Source of the DNA: an uncultured Candidatus Poseidoniales archaeon
Lineage (GTDB): Archaea; Thermoplasmatota; Poseidoniia; Poseidoniales; CAYMED01
Direction: 5' to 3'
Length of the DNA stretch: 64,000 nt
Assembly: GCA_964389655.1 (NCBI GenBank)
Contig: CAYMED010000002.1
Location: 32,001-96,000 of the forward strand
Shown here one piece after another: positions 48,705 to 58,076 of the stretch; position 1 is the first letter of the stretch; each line of letters begins with the position of its first letter. The notes under the pieces were generated by a model. The model had not been told where the DNA came from. It made no database searches and saw nothing but the letters and a program-made list of their open reading frames with translations. The translations under genes and the position numbers were made by a program.

Positions 48705-51700
48705 ATGGGCGAAGAAGCGTCGCGGCGCGCTGTCCTTTTTTTCCTCATTCTAGCATGTTCAACATTAACTCCTGCAGTTACTTTGGTGGGGGGCCAAGAC
48801 CTTTCAGTAGCAGTAGATGATTTTGGAATTATCGCCTCATTGCATGATGTGCTTTCATCTAGAAAAACAGATTTTAATGATCCTATTCTTTCATCGTCAG
48901 CGAATGCAGCAATTGAAGATGTACGTTCATCAATGCATGATGTCTCCCCGCAAGATTCGTTTAATTTGAACAATAATGTCCTTTCAGACGTAAACTTCAC
49001 AACAACAAACCTCTCTCAAATTGATCATCCATACCCATACCGTCTTCTTTCAGAACCAGATGCCCGCCCGCCTTATTTACCAGCGTCTTTGATTGAAACA
49101 TTGCTACCTACCGAATTAAATGAACTTGTGGTTTTTTCAGATTACACATCGCGTAATGGCGCAATAAACTGCCAAAATTATAGCTCAGAGGGCTTACTGA
49201 ATTTTGATATTTTTCCTTTAGATCAATACAACCCTACTGTCAATACAGTTGACATTGATTGCGACGGTATTGATGATGTAAATGTAGGGCTTGGGCTTGG
49301 GATTGCCAATTCACCAGGCCAAACCTGGGACATCGATATTCTTGAAGCAAAGATGTGGGTGAAACCCGATATTCGAGTGACTATAGACCCCATTAATTCC
49401 AGCAGAAATGTCTGGTCGCAAATGGGACGGCTGGAAATTTCAGTGATGAAAGGTTTCACGTATAGCGACCAAACTTGGGTTTGGGTTATTGACACTCGCT
49501 TCACTCAAATTCCTGAAGATGCAGCAGTTACTGTAGGCCTTGAACGAGTCGATTTCGATCTTAATCCAACTTCCATTCTTGGCATGCTCATACCTTCAAC
49601 AACGGGCTTAAATGATGCCGATCTTACAATTACTGGAATCCGTGCCCCATATGCGATTACAGTGGAGAATCCCGTGAGTACGAGTTGTGATGACCGCTGG
49701 TTAGCGGACCCAGATACACAAAGACACCTCCCTTCTCCCGAGATTGATTGTGGTATTGCTGCGGGATTGGGTTATGTGCATTATCGAATAGGCTCGGGAA
49801 ATTCACATCCAATTGCTGAGATGGCATATGTGGATGCATCATTCCACCCAGCCAAAGGAACCAATGAACTCGCTTCTGTGTATAATTTAACCATTAGAAA
49901 CGATGATTATACGCTTGATACGACACCTACTGACGGTTCTTGGGATTCAATAGAATATTACGCCAATCAAAAAGCAGACCTTTATCTCCATTATCACGAG
50001 GATCGGTCCGGTCTCACGCGCACAGATGGCAGTGGAGAGTTTGGCAATACCACTGAGGCACGGGGATGGCTGAGAGGTCTACCAGGGGACTCGTTTAATG
50101 AACAAGAAATCGATCGTCTTTTCCGACAGATTGGGGCATCGCCAGATGGACCAACTCCTTTGCCAGGAAGCCTTCCAAAAAATCTTGGAATGTTCATTGG
50201 TGTCAAAAACTGGACTGCGGATCCGACCCGTCACGACAGCGATCCATCTCTACCAATTGATCCAGCCAACCCTCCAGATTCATTGATCATGATTGCAACA
50301 ACGGAGTCTATTGAATCAATCAATTATTCATCTTGGCTGTTGCGCTCAGGGGATGCATCAGACCATTTACGAGTAACTATATCGATAGAGGATTTACCAA
50401 AAGTCGTCATTGTCAGTGGCTCATTAGAATTTGAAGATTCAGATGAGGATGATGTACTCGGCTTTGGTGACTCATTGAATATAGCACAATCGATGATTGA
50501 TACTGTGGTTGTAACCGTTGTTGATGTCATATTAAAAGTAGGTGAGGTCGTAAATAGCCTTCCTGCAATTGCCATTGATTTATCAGGTGATGCATCAGGT
50601 GGGGAATTACAAATTTTAACCATGGAGTCTCTTGCATCTAACCGCCCACCCGACCCAATAGGGTCTATCTCCTTGCAAATAGGCTCATCTCCCCATCCAA
50701 CAATTGGTGATGAACATCTCCTCATTTCTCGTGATTTGGGACTTTTTGACAGTTTAATGGCACTCAATCGCACTCCAATTCTTTCTGTAGCAGCCAGTTT
50801 AAAGTTACGCGGCTTTCATTCAATGAATAATCTCGTTGAATCAAATGGTGATCGCGCATTTAACTTGTCATTAAGCGGGAGTTCGAAAATGGTCGCAGGG
50901 CACATTCAGCACATGGGGAAGACCCTAAATGGGTCTGTTCGTCAAGAAGTGATATTACAACCACTTCCCAGTGAAATTGGCCTCAAAATGATTGGTAATC
51001 AGACAATAATTGAATTAGAAGACGGTATTGACGCCGTTGCATATGCGTCTGTAGAAGGGGATGAACGCGTTTCAGTTCAATTACTTGGAGTTCCTTCGGG
51101 GATCAATTTAGATTTTTCAAATGGTACGGAATTATCTCTTTCGTCTCCCTTAACAACATTTGAGGTGATGGCAACGAATTTGAGCACCCCAAGAACATTT
51201 TCCGGTGACCATGTTCTCATTGAACGGAATGGTTCGAAAGCGGGTTCTTCTGCTAGATTAAGTGGAATTGAATCTATAGCGTGGGTACCAGCTGAAATAC
51301 CAGATGCTCCAGGCCCTTCAGGAAGAGAACTCGCCTCTATTCATCTTGCGGGAAACCGTGCATTAAAAGCAGCAATCATCGATGACGGAACGTCACAATC
51401 GAGCCAGAAAGCAGAGGCATTTCTCCGAATAAATCCACTACCGACACGCCTAGATGTGCGTATGCCTCGCTCATCAGAGGGTAGTTCAGTCACTACCCCT
51501 GACTTTGGAAATGGCGTGGGTTTAGTTGGAATATCAAATGGGCTGCTAGATTTAGCTAGGTTTGGGCGTTCAATAAATGATGTATTGGGTGAATTCACCC
51601 ATTCAATTTCAACCACCACCACCGAAAGCGACCATTTTGGCTTAGATGTCGAAATAGATACTGATGCACCATTTGACCTCGCAGCAGAATTTGTAATTGG

Positions 51701-53000
51701 CGATCTTGAAGTTGAAGAACCACCCTGGGTACAAGGAATTTCTATTGAAGCTAAAGAAAATAGTACATTACGTTCAATGCATGGGCGTGTTTGGCTTCCG
51801 TCTCTTTCTCCAAACACAACAATTGAAATTGTCTATGATAATACCACCGGCATTTCGACATGGTCTGTTGATCTTTCAATGGCCTCATGGATCCCAACAC
51901 ATGATAATTTGGCATTGATTAGCAGAGGAATTGAAGGGATGGACCTAGAACTTGTGGTTGATGGCCTTGATACAAATACATCAGGGGACCTTCGCCTTGA
52001 AATGCTTCTTGAGCAAGATGCCTCCCCTTCAGTACCGGTTTTGTCCGTGGTCCTTGATGCTGAATTGCCATCCGATGCCGAAACGATCCATCTATTGAAT
52101 TTGAATCGAGCAATTGGTCAGCGCTTGGAATCCCTCATTGTAGGCGCACCACAAAAAGCGGCACTTACGATGACAATAGGCTCAGCAATCGAACTCGATG
52201 TTGATGTTCCCCCCGAAGCACGTACAGACGGCCGGGCAGCCGAAGCAATGCTGTTACAGACCCATCGCTTTGCTGAAGAACGGTGGTGGCCCGCTACAAT
52301 TATGATGCGGGACATTCCGGGAGAAATAACCCTCTCAACAGTTCCATTGAGGGAATTTGATATTTCTCAAGACTTGAGTTTTCAAGGCATGGCAACCCTC
52401 GATTATCGCAGTTGTTGGACGGGTGTTGGTGATTGTAGGGGTGACGATCTAGACCTCTATATCGAAGCAACTGGCAGGGCCATCGATCAGCGCGGAGACA
52501 TTCTCCTCATTGGAGAAAACCTTGCAAGACTGACGCGCTTATCTTCCACAACAGATTGGGGTATGAGTTTAGTAACTTCAGAGAAAGGAGTTGAACGCAT
52601 TTACATACGGTCAACAGATCTGCCTTTGAGGCCAGGAATGTGGTTGAATAGCGCAGAGATTGTGGGGGAAAATATCCGTTCAGCAACCGTGCACATCGAT
52701 AACATTGGTAACACATATCCAATTATACGTTTAACAGATGTTTCAGCAGGGAGGATTGTAGCTATTTCAAGTGTTGATGTCGATATAGCTGGGCGTACAT
52801 TCAATGGAAAAGCAGTGCTAGTAGATGCTCAAATTGCAGGGATCATGCCAATTGGGACCACATTGGGGCTGAATGGGTTGGCGGCCGATTTATCCGTTAT
52901 TGGAACTGCAAGTGGAGACCGTATACAATCAACTCATTTCATGTTTGTAGAACCCCTTTCGAGTTTAATTGCTACATTAGTAGCCACGGCGGTGGGCTGA
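48705..53000 (+). CDS. Very large (1431 aa) exported beta-rich protein of unknown function
   Basis: Long ORF with N-terminal signal/TM. No family motif recognised. Recurrent (L/I/V)PxxIxL elements. Confidence 0.75.
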   Translation: MGEEASRRAVLFFLILACSTLTPAVTLVGGQDLSVAVDDFGIIASLHDVLSSRKTDFNDPILSSSANAAIEDVRSSMHDVSPQDSFNLNNNVLSDVNFTTTNLSQIDHPYPYRLLSEPDARPPYLPASLIETLLPTELNELVVFSDYTSRNGAINCQNYSSEGLLNFDIFPLDQYNPTVNTVDIDCDGIDDVNVGLGLGIANSPGQTWDIDILEAKMWVKPDIRVTIDPINSSRNVWSQMGRLEISVMKGFTYSDQTWVWVIDTRFTQIPEDAAVTVGLERVDFDLNPTSILGMLIPSTTGLNDADLTITGIRAPYAITVENPVSTSCDDRWLADPDTQRHLPSPEIDCGIAAGLGYVHYRIGSGNSHPIAEMAYVDASFHPAKGTNELASVYNLTIRNDDYTLDTTPTDGSWDSIEYYANQKADLYLHYHEDRSGLTRTDGSGEFGNTTEARGWLRGLPGDSFNEQEIDRLFRQIGASPDGPTPLPGSLPKNLGMFIGVKNWTADPTRHDSDPSLPIDPANPPDSLIMIATTESIESINYSSWLLRSGDASDHLRVTISIEDLPKVVIVSGSLEFEDSDEDDVLGFGDSLNIAQSMIDTVVVTVVDVILKVGEVVNSLPAIAIDLSGDASGGELQILTMESLASNRPPDPIGSISLQIGSSPHPTIGDEHLLISRDLGLFDSLMALNRTPILSVAASLKLRGFHSMNNLVESNGDRAFNLSLSGSSKMVAGHIQHMGKTLNGSVRQEVILQPLPSEIGLKMIGNQTIIELEDGIDAVAYASVEGDERVSVQLLGVPSGINLDFSNGTELSLSSPLTTFEVMATNLSTPRTFSGDHVLIERNGSKAGSSARLSGIESIAWVPAEIPDAPGPSGRELASIHLAGNRALKAAIIDDGTSQSSQKAEAFLRINPLPTRLDVRMPRSSEGSSVTTPDFGNGVGLVGISNGLLDLARFGRSINDVLGEFTHSISTTTTESDHFGLDVEIDTDAPFDLAAEFVIGDLEVEEPPWVQGISIEAKENSTLRSMHGRVWLPSLSPNTTIEIVYDNTTGISTWSVDLSMASWIPTHDNLALISRGIEGMDLELVVDGLDTNTSGDLRLEMLLEQDASPSVPVLSVVLDAELPSDAETIHLLNLNRAIGQRLESLIVGAPQKAALTMTIGSAIELDVDVPPEARTDGRAAEAMLLQTHRFAEERWWPATIMMRDIPGEITLSTVPLREFDISQDLSFQGMATLDYRSCWTGVGDCRGDDLDLYIEATGRAIDQRGDILLIGENLARLTRLSSTTDWGMSLVTSEKGVERIYIRSTDLPLRPGMWLNSAEIVGENIRSATVHIDNIGNTYPIIRLTDVSAGRIVAISSVDVDIAGRTFNGKAVLVDAQIAGIMPIGTTLGLNGLAADLSVIGTASGDRIQSTHFMFVEPLSSLIATLVATAVG

Positions 53001-53001
53001 T

Positions 53002-53601
53002 ATGGTCGCCGATATAGACGAAGACGTCGAAGATGTGTTGTCGCAAGACGATGTGATGGTGGAAGTCGGACGAAGGGGCGTTCACAAACGTGACCTCACT
53101 GCTGCCAGCCGAGCAGCAGAGCAGGTTGCAGCAATTGTAACTCCTGCACGATTATTTGTGGCAAGCATAACTCTCTTGCTCTTAGTAGCAATATTTGGAG
53201 CATTCATTTACTACATTGTGCCCCAGGACCGGACAGAAGTCCGCGTTGTTTTCATGCAGTCTTCGGCAGGCCATGTGGTTTTAACAGAAATTCTCAACAA
53301 AGGGAGCCGGGAGATTTCCGATGTCAGCTTATTTGTGGAGGTAACTAAGCTCGATGGTAGTGCCTTAAACTCGACTCAATTTGACCGTAGTTCTCTTCAA
53401 TCTCACACATCACTCACACACGATGACCTTGAACTAATTGTGGAGGGCGCTAGTGGGTGGGAAGAATACCTAGTCCACATCGAATTGTCCTATACTGATG
53501 CAACGGGAGACCCACAAGAAGCCGCCCAAATCAAGCGTGTTGGTGAGTGGATTACGGAAGAGTGGCGTGTAGGTCAAGGATACAGGCTTATTCTATGGTG
53601 A
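53002..53601 (+). CDS. Single-pass membrane protein with extracellular Ig-like domain
   Basis: Starts 1 bp after the upstream stop. One TM (LFVASITLLLLVAIFGAFIYYIV), followed by a beta-rich domain (ILNKGSREISDVSLFVEV). Confidence 0.7.
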   Translation: MVADIDEDVEDVLSQDDVMVEVGRRGVHKRDLTAASRAAEQVAAIVTPARLFVASITLLLLVAIFGAFIYYIVPQDRTEVRVVFMQSSAGHVVLTEILNKGSREISDVSLFVEVTKLDGSALNSTQFDRSSLQSHTSLTHDDLELIVEGASGWEEYLVHIELSYTDATGDPQEAAQIKRVGEWITEEWRVGQGYRLILW

Positions 53602-56600
53602 TAAATAACCACCAAACCCCAACCGACAAAAGGTGTGCGGACGCACGCAAGCACATCGAAGGGGGTATCATAGTTCGGAGCGCACTGCTAATTCTTGCGC
53701 TGATGCTAATTGCACCGGCTTCTGTCTACGACTCTTCATCAAAGTCATCACAAACCCCAATGATGGAATCCAGCCCACATTCAGAATCCATCAAAATCAC
53801 TCCAAACGGCTCAATGCTTCAGAATTTATTGGGCCTTGGGATTGAAAATGGGTTTGCAGATGTGCGCACTTCTGAAGCATGGACTCATATTGGCAAATTC
53901 ACAGTCGAAGGCCTTGAAAGAATTCATACACCCCCTGTCCCATTACAAAAAGCAAGATCTGATTTAGTTCTCTTAATTGTTGATGGAAATATTCCCCTCC
54001 CTCAAGTTCGCGCAGAAATTCAGAAGACAACCTCTGCCACGATTCATGACTTCATAGCCCCCAGCGGTTTTACTGTTCAAGGTTCGAGTCACGATTTAGT
54101 AAAATTAAGAGGTATATACGGGGTTGCGGCCGTTCATTCCGTCCCACTAGATTTTCTCCTAGATCCAAGTATCTGGGAATCAGTAAATCAAGGGGAGTCA
54201 TTCGATGCAAGAGTTGATGGATGGCGCGATGCCGAGGGGCACCGTCAGCCATTGGTGCGCATTGGTGAAATAAATCATCGCTTATCTAATGCAGTTCCAT
54301 CATCAGCAAGCGCTCCCGCGGGTGCTTCAGAAGGACGTTTTGATGTTCTTCTCAATCCCCGTGAATTAACCACGGCTTTGATGAACCCAGCAGTGGCATG
54401 GGTGGGTCCCACCCCGCATTTCGGCCTTCATAATTCCAAGGCAGTTCTTCATATGGATGTGGGCTCAATGCGAAGTAAATATGCTACAACCCTAGATGGT
54501 GCGGGTGAACTAATTGCAATAGCAGATTCAGGTCTTGATTCAGATCACGGGGATTTTGGAACCCGTGTACATGCTGTAAAGGACGTCATAAATGATGGTG
54601 ATACTTCTGATTCGCAAGGTGGTCATGGAACTCATGTTGCATGTTCTGCACTAGGTGATGGGTCCCGTGGGGGCTATGCCGGAACTGCGCCAGGAGCGGA
54701 TGTTTATTTCCAAGCGATGATGCGAAACTGGGATGGTGCTTTCATGTCTCCTTCCCTTGACTCACTTCTTCGTACAGCCTACAATGATGGTGCACGGATT
54801 CACACAAATAGTTGGGGAAGTCAAACAATTCGTGGCAGCTATACCACTGAGGCTCAAGATCTAGATTCACGTTCATACACATATGATCGTGTCACAAGTG
54901 GTTATTCCGGATTTACGATATTATTTGCTAATGGAAATGATGGAGATGAGGGTTCCGGGTCTGTAGGTGCCCCCGCGACTGCGAAAAACTCAATTTCAAT
55001 TGGAAATCATCACAACCGGGGTGGCTCATCTCCGAACAAAGTGTCAGATTCGTCAAGTAGGGGGCCAACAGACGATGGGCGCATCAAACCAGACGTTGTT
55101 GCTCCCGGGACTTGGGTAAGGTCTTGCAAGGCTCAAGAGATGACAGATTCTTCTTCAGCCTCTTGGGAAGATTCTTCAGGATGGTATATTGAATTCAGTG
55201 GGACTAGCATGGCCGCCCCGCACGCAGCGGGCTTATCTGCGATTTTACGCCAATATTTGATGGATGAAGGAGGGCGCCCTTCCCCTCAAGGATCCCTCAT
55301 CAAAGCCATGATGATTTTGGGCGCAGTGGATATTGGGACGCGAGACATTCCAAATAATGTAGAGGGGTGGGGCCGCGTCAACCTCAAAGAAACCTTAGAT
55401 CCTGGCGACGGACGCACTGTTTGGGTTGACGACCGAACGAGCCTTTCGAGTGGGCAATGGCAGGATTATCCCATACAAGTGGACATCCAAAACCGGGCGT
55501 TCAAAGCAGTACTTACATGGTCTGATTACCGCGGCTCAACGAGTGCTTCAAAAGCCCTAGTAAACAATCTTGATTTAGAAGTAATAGATCCATCGGGTGT
55601 GGTATATCGCGGAAATGATTTCCAAAACGGCAAATCCCTTGCAAATGGAAATGGTGACAACACGAACAATGTTGAAGTTGTTTTAGTTGATTATGCAAAA
55701 CAAGGAACATGGACCGTTCGCGTGCGAGATTCAGCCCACGGTGGCCCAAAAGCCCAAATGTTCTCTATTGCAATTGCAGCTCAGGGCGCCGATCGCGTGT
55801 TACCTGATGTTGTCCTCGTTCCAAATTCACTTACTGCCCTCGATGAACTCCCAGAGCGAGGAAAACAAACACAGATTGCTGCTGAAGTTCGGAATACTGG
55901 AAACGGCGAACTAACCGATGTGCGCGTTAGTTTGCTTGCGGGTTCACAAACTTTTGTTGACAAAGTTTTCGATATGGGCCCAGGAACCCGTGAAAGAATG
56001 ATTTGGGATTGGACTCCATCAACAGCAGGCCCCATTCTTCTTCGCTTAAACATAGACCCGTCAAATCAACTTGAAGAGGGGAATGAATCCAATAATATCT
56101 TAGAAAATAGCATCACAGTGGCAGATGCTGGTGTGCGGGTCGAATCTGATAAAAAAACGATTCAACTAACTAATTCTTCCACAGTAACTTCTTCTTGGGA
56201 CACCCGCATTCGAAATTCTGCAATGCGAGCAACCAACGGATCTGTGTTGGTGGATGAACAAGTATTCCGGTCAGAGGATGGCGCGTTTATGCCTTGGAGT
56301 GTTTCCTTAAGCAAAGCAAACTTCACCCTCAGTTCATTGGAAGAGGACACATTTACCGTCTATCTATCTCATGCGGCAGCGCCCAGCCCCGGGACGTATG
56401 TTGTTAGAGTCAAAGCTTTGGATTTAGACGCGGGTTTATCCCAAACAACGAGCCTATACATGATGGTGGGAATTATACCAGCCGTTCGAATAGACCTCCC
56501 ACCAGGTGAATTGCCAGTTCACCCCGTTAATTCAACAACATTCGAGTTTAAATTAACCAATTTGGGCAATGCCGAACAGGGATATGACATGATACTTGAA

Positions 56601-58040
56601 CCACCACTGGGGTGGTCGGTTGGATTTGATGAAATTGGTTCTCATCCCAACGTCCCTCAAGCAACATCTGGTGCATTGAACCCTGGAGGGAGCATCCAAG
56701 CAGATGTATCCATACAACCCCCCCATGTCATGCCGTCTTCAGGGTCAAAAGCAAGACTTGACGTCCGCATTATTTCCCAAATGGTAGAAGGAAACGAGTG
56801 GACGTTTTCCCTCGATTTAGTGACTGAACGGCATGATAATATTACTTTGGACTTAAAGAATGGAAATCTTCCTCGCGTGGCGGAAGTAGGTAAACAAGTT
56901 CGTTTGGTATGGACAATTGAAAATATTGGAAATTCGGAGATAGACTCTATTATAGAAACAGAAGCTCCCCTTGGCTGGGAAATAACAGGACCTTCTACTT
57001 TAATCATTGACCGGAATGGCAATCCTACAATTATCTTCGATGTCCTTGCGGTAGATCGCCCTCTTGATGGCGATTTCTCTTTACGAGTTGTATCCCGAGA
57101 TGGTTCAGAACTTGCCTCAGGAACAGTCCCTCTGCTTGTTTCAGGTACAGCATCAATTGAATTCAAGCGCTTAATTCATGCGGATGACACATATGATGAA
57201 AATGCGGCCGACCTTCGACCAATAGGGCGTGGTGAATTTGCAATAATAAGAGCTGAAGTATATTATGATGGGTCCGCCGCTTGGCACCCTCAAGTTACTA
57301 CAGTAAGCCCACCAGGGTGGTCTGTTGATTGCGATCCCTTGGGGTCTGTAGATTCAGGAACAAGTGCAACACTGGATTGTGGTTTGTTAATTTCAGATCA
57401 AGTGTCTGCTGGTGATTCTGGCGAAATTATAATCGAACTTTCAAGCGGGGGTACAAGTGCAAATTTCACGTTCACAATTGCATCAGCAATACGACATTCA
57501 GTAATTTGGAGGGTGATTGATGCTCCCCAAATGACGTTGGATGAAACAGCAGAATTTGCGATACAACTTGAAAACACCGGTGAGGGTGCTGTAATTGGCC
57601 CAGTGTTACTCCAACCACCATCTGGTTGGATTATTTCACCAAATCGACTGATATTTGATCCAATAAACCCAGGTGATAGTGCGTTACTTGAATTCACCCT
57701 CAAACCCACAACTCGATTATCCACGCCTTCTCTTTTCCTTTCGCTATCTGTTTCAGGAGTAGAAGGGGGGGAGCAAGAACTTTCATTGCGCCTTTCACCC
57801 ACCGCACCAAATCAAGCAGAATCTAGCGTTAGCGCTTCTGAAGATGATGGTGAATGGCCCCTTGGAATCATCATTTTTCTCATCCTCGTTCTCTTGGGCA
57901 TTGCTTCAGCAATAGCATATGTTTTGGTACAACAAAAAAGCAACCACGAACCGCCTCAAACCAGCATTACATTCCCCCATAAAACACCTTGGGATGAGTC
58001 AACAGATGTGTCTAATCCCCTTCCCGAGGAATTAGACTAA
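53595..58040 (+). CDS. Membrane-anchored subtilisin-like S8 serine peptidase (KP-43-like) with PPC, CARDB and NEW3-like domains
   Basis: Catalytic triad IADSGLD / HGTHVA / FSGTSMAAP. IHTNSWG, ATAKN, DGRIKPDV, LVNNLDL and NNVEV motifs. CARDB IDPSNQLEEGNESNN. C-terminal TM. The start is uncertain; ATG 53595 overlaps the upstream stop. Confidence 0.9.
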   Translation: MVINNHQTPTDKRCADARKHIEGGIIVRSALLILALMLIAPASVYDSSSKSSQTPMMESSPHSESIKITPNGSMLQNLLGLGIENGFADVRTSEAWTHIGKFTVEGLERIHTPPVPLQKARSDLVLLIVDGNIPLPQVRAEIQKTTSATIHDFIAPSGFTVQGSSHDLVKLRGIYGVAAVHSVPLDFLLDPSIWESVNQGESFDARVDGWRDAEGHRQPLVRIGEINHRLSNAVPSSASAPAGASEGRFDVLLNPRELTTALMNPAVAWVGPTPHFGLHNSKAVLHMDVGSMRSKYATTLDGAGELIAIADSGLDSDHGDFGTRVHAVKDVINDGDTSDSQGGHGTHVACSALGDGSRGGYAGTAPGADVYFQAMMRNWDGAFMSPSLDSLLRTAYNDGARIHTNSWGSQTIRGSYTTEAQDLDSRSYTYDRVTSGYSGFTILFANGNDGDEGSGSVGAPATAKNSISIGNHHNRGGSSPNKVSDSSSRGPTDDGRIKPDVVAPGTWVRSCKAQEMTDSSSASWEDSSGWYIEFSGTSMAAPHAAGLSAILRQYLMDEGGRPSPQGSLIKAMMILGAVDIGTRDIPNNVEGWGRVNLKETLDPGDGRTVWVDDRTSLSSGQWQDYPIQVDIQNRAFKAVLTWSDYRGSTSASKALVNNLDLEVIDPSGVVYRGNDFQNGKSLANGNGDNTNNVEVVLVDYAKQGTWTVRVRDSAHGGPKAQMFSIAIAAQGADRVLPDVVLVPNSLTALDELPERGKQTQIAAEVRNTGNGELTDVRVSLLAGSQTFVDKVFDMGPGTRERMIWDWTPSTAGPILLRLNIDPSNQLEEGNESNNILENSITVADAGVRVESDKKTIQLTNSSTVTSSWDTRIRNSAMRATNGSVLVDEQVFRSEDGAFMPWSVSLSKANFTLSSLEEDTFTVYLSHAAAPSPGTYVVRVKALDLDAGLSQTTSLYMMVGIIPAVRIDLPPGELPVHPVNSTTFEFKLTNLGNAEQGYDMILEPPLGWSVGFDEIGSHPNVPQATSGALNPGGSIQADVSIQPPHVMPSSGSKARLDVRIISQMVEGNEWTFSLDLVTERHDNITLDLKNGNLPRVAEVGKQVRLVWTIENIGNSEIDSIIETEAPLGWEITGPSTLIIDRNGNPTIIFDVLAVDRPLDGDFSLRVVSRDGSELASGTVPLLVSGTASIEFKRLIHADDTYDENAADLRPIGRGEFAIIRAEVYYDGSAAWHPQVTTVSPPGWSVDCDPLGSVDSGTSATLDCGLLISDQVSAGDSGEIIIELSSGGTSANFTFTIASAIRHSVIWRVIDAPQMTLDETAEFAIQLENTGEGAVIGPVLLQPPSGWIISPNRLIFDPINPGDSALLEFTLKPTTRLSTPSLFLSLSVSGVEGGEQELSLRLSPTAPNQAESSVSASEDDGEWPLGIIIFLILVLLGIASAIAYVLVQQKSNHEPPQTSITFPHKTPWDESTDVSNPLPEELD

Positions 58041-58076
58041 ACAATCAATATAAAGTCAAGTTTTTTCTTACTTGAT

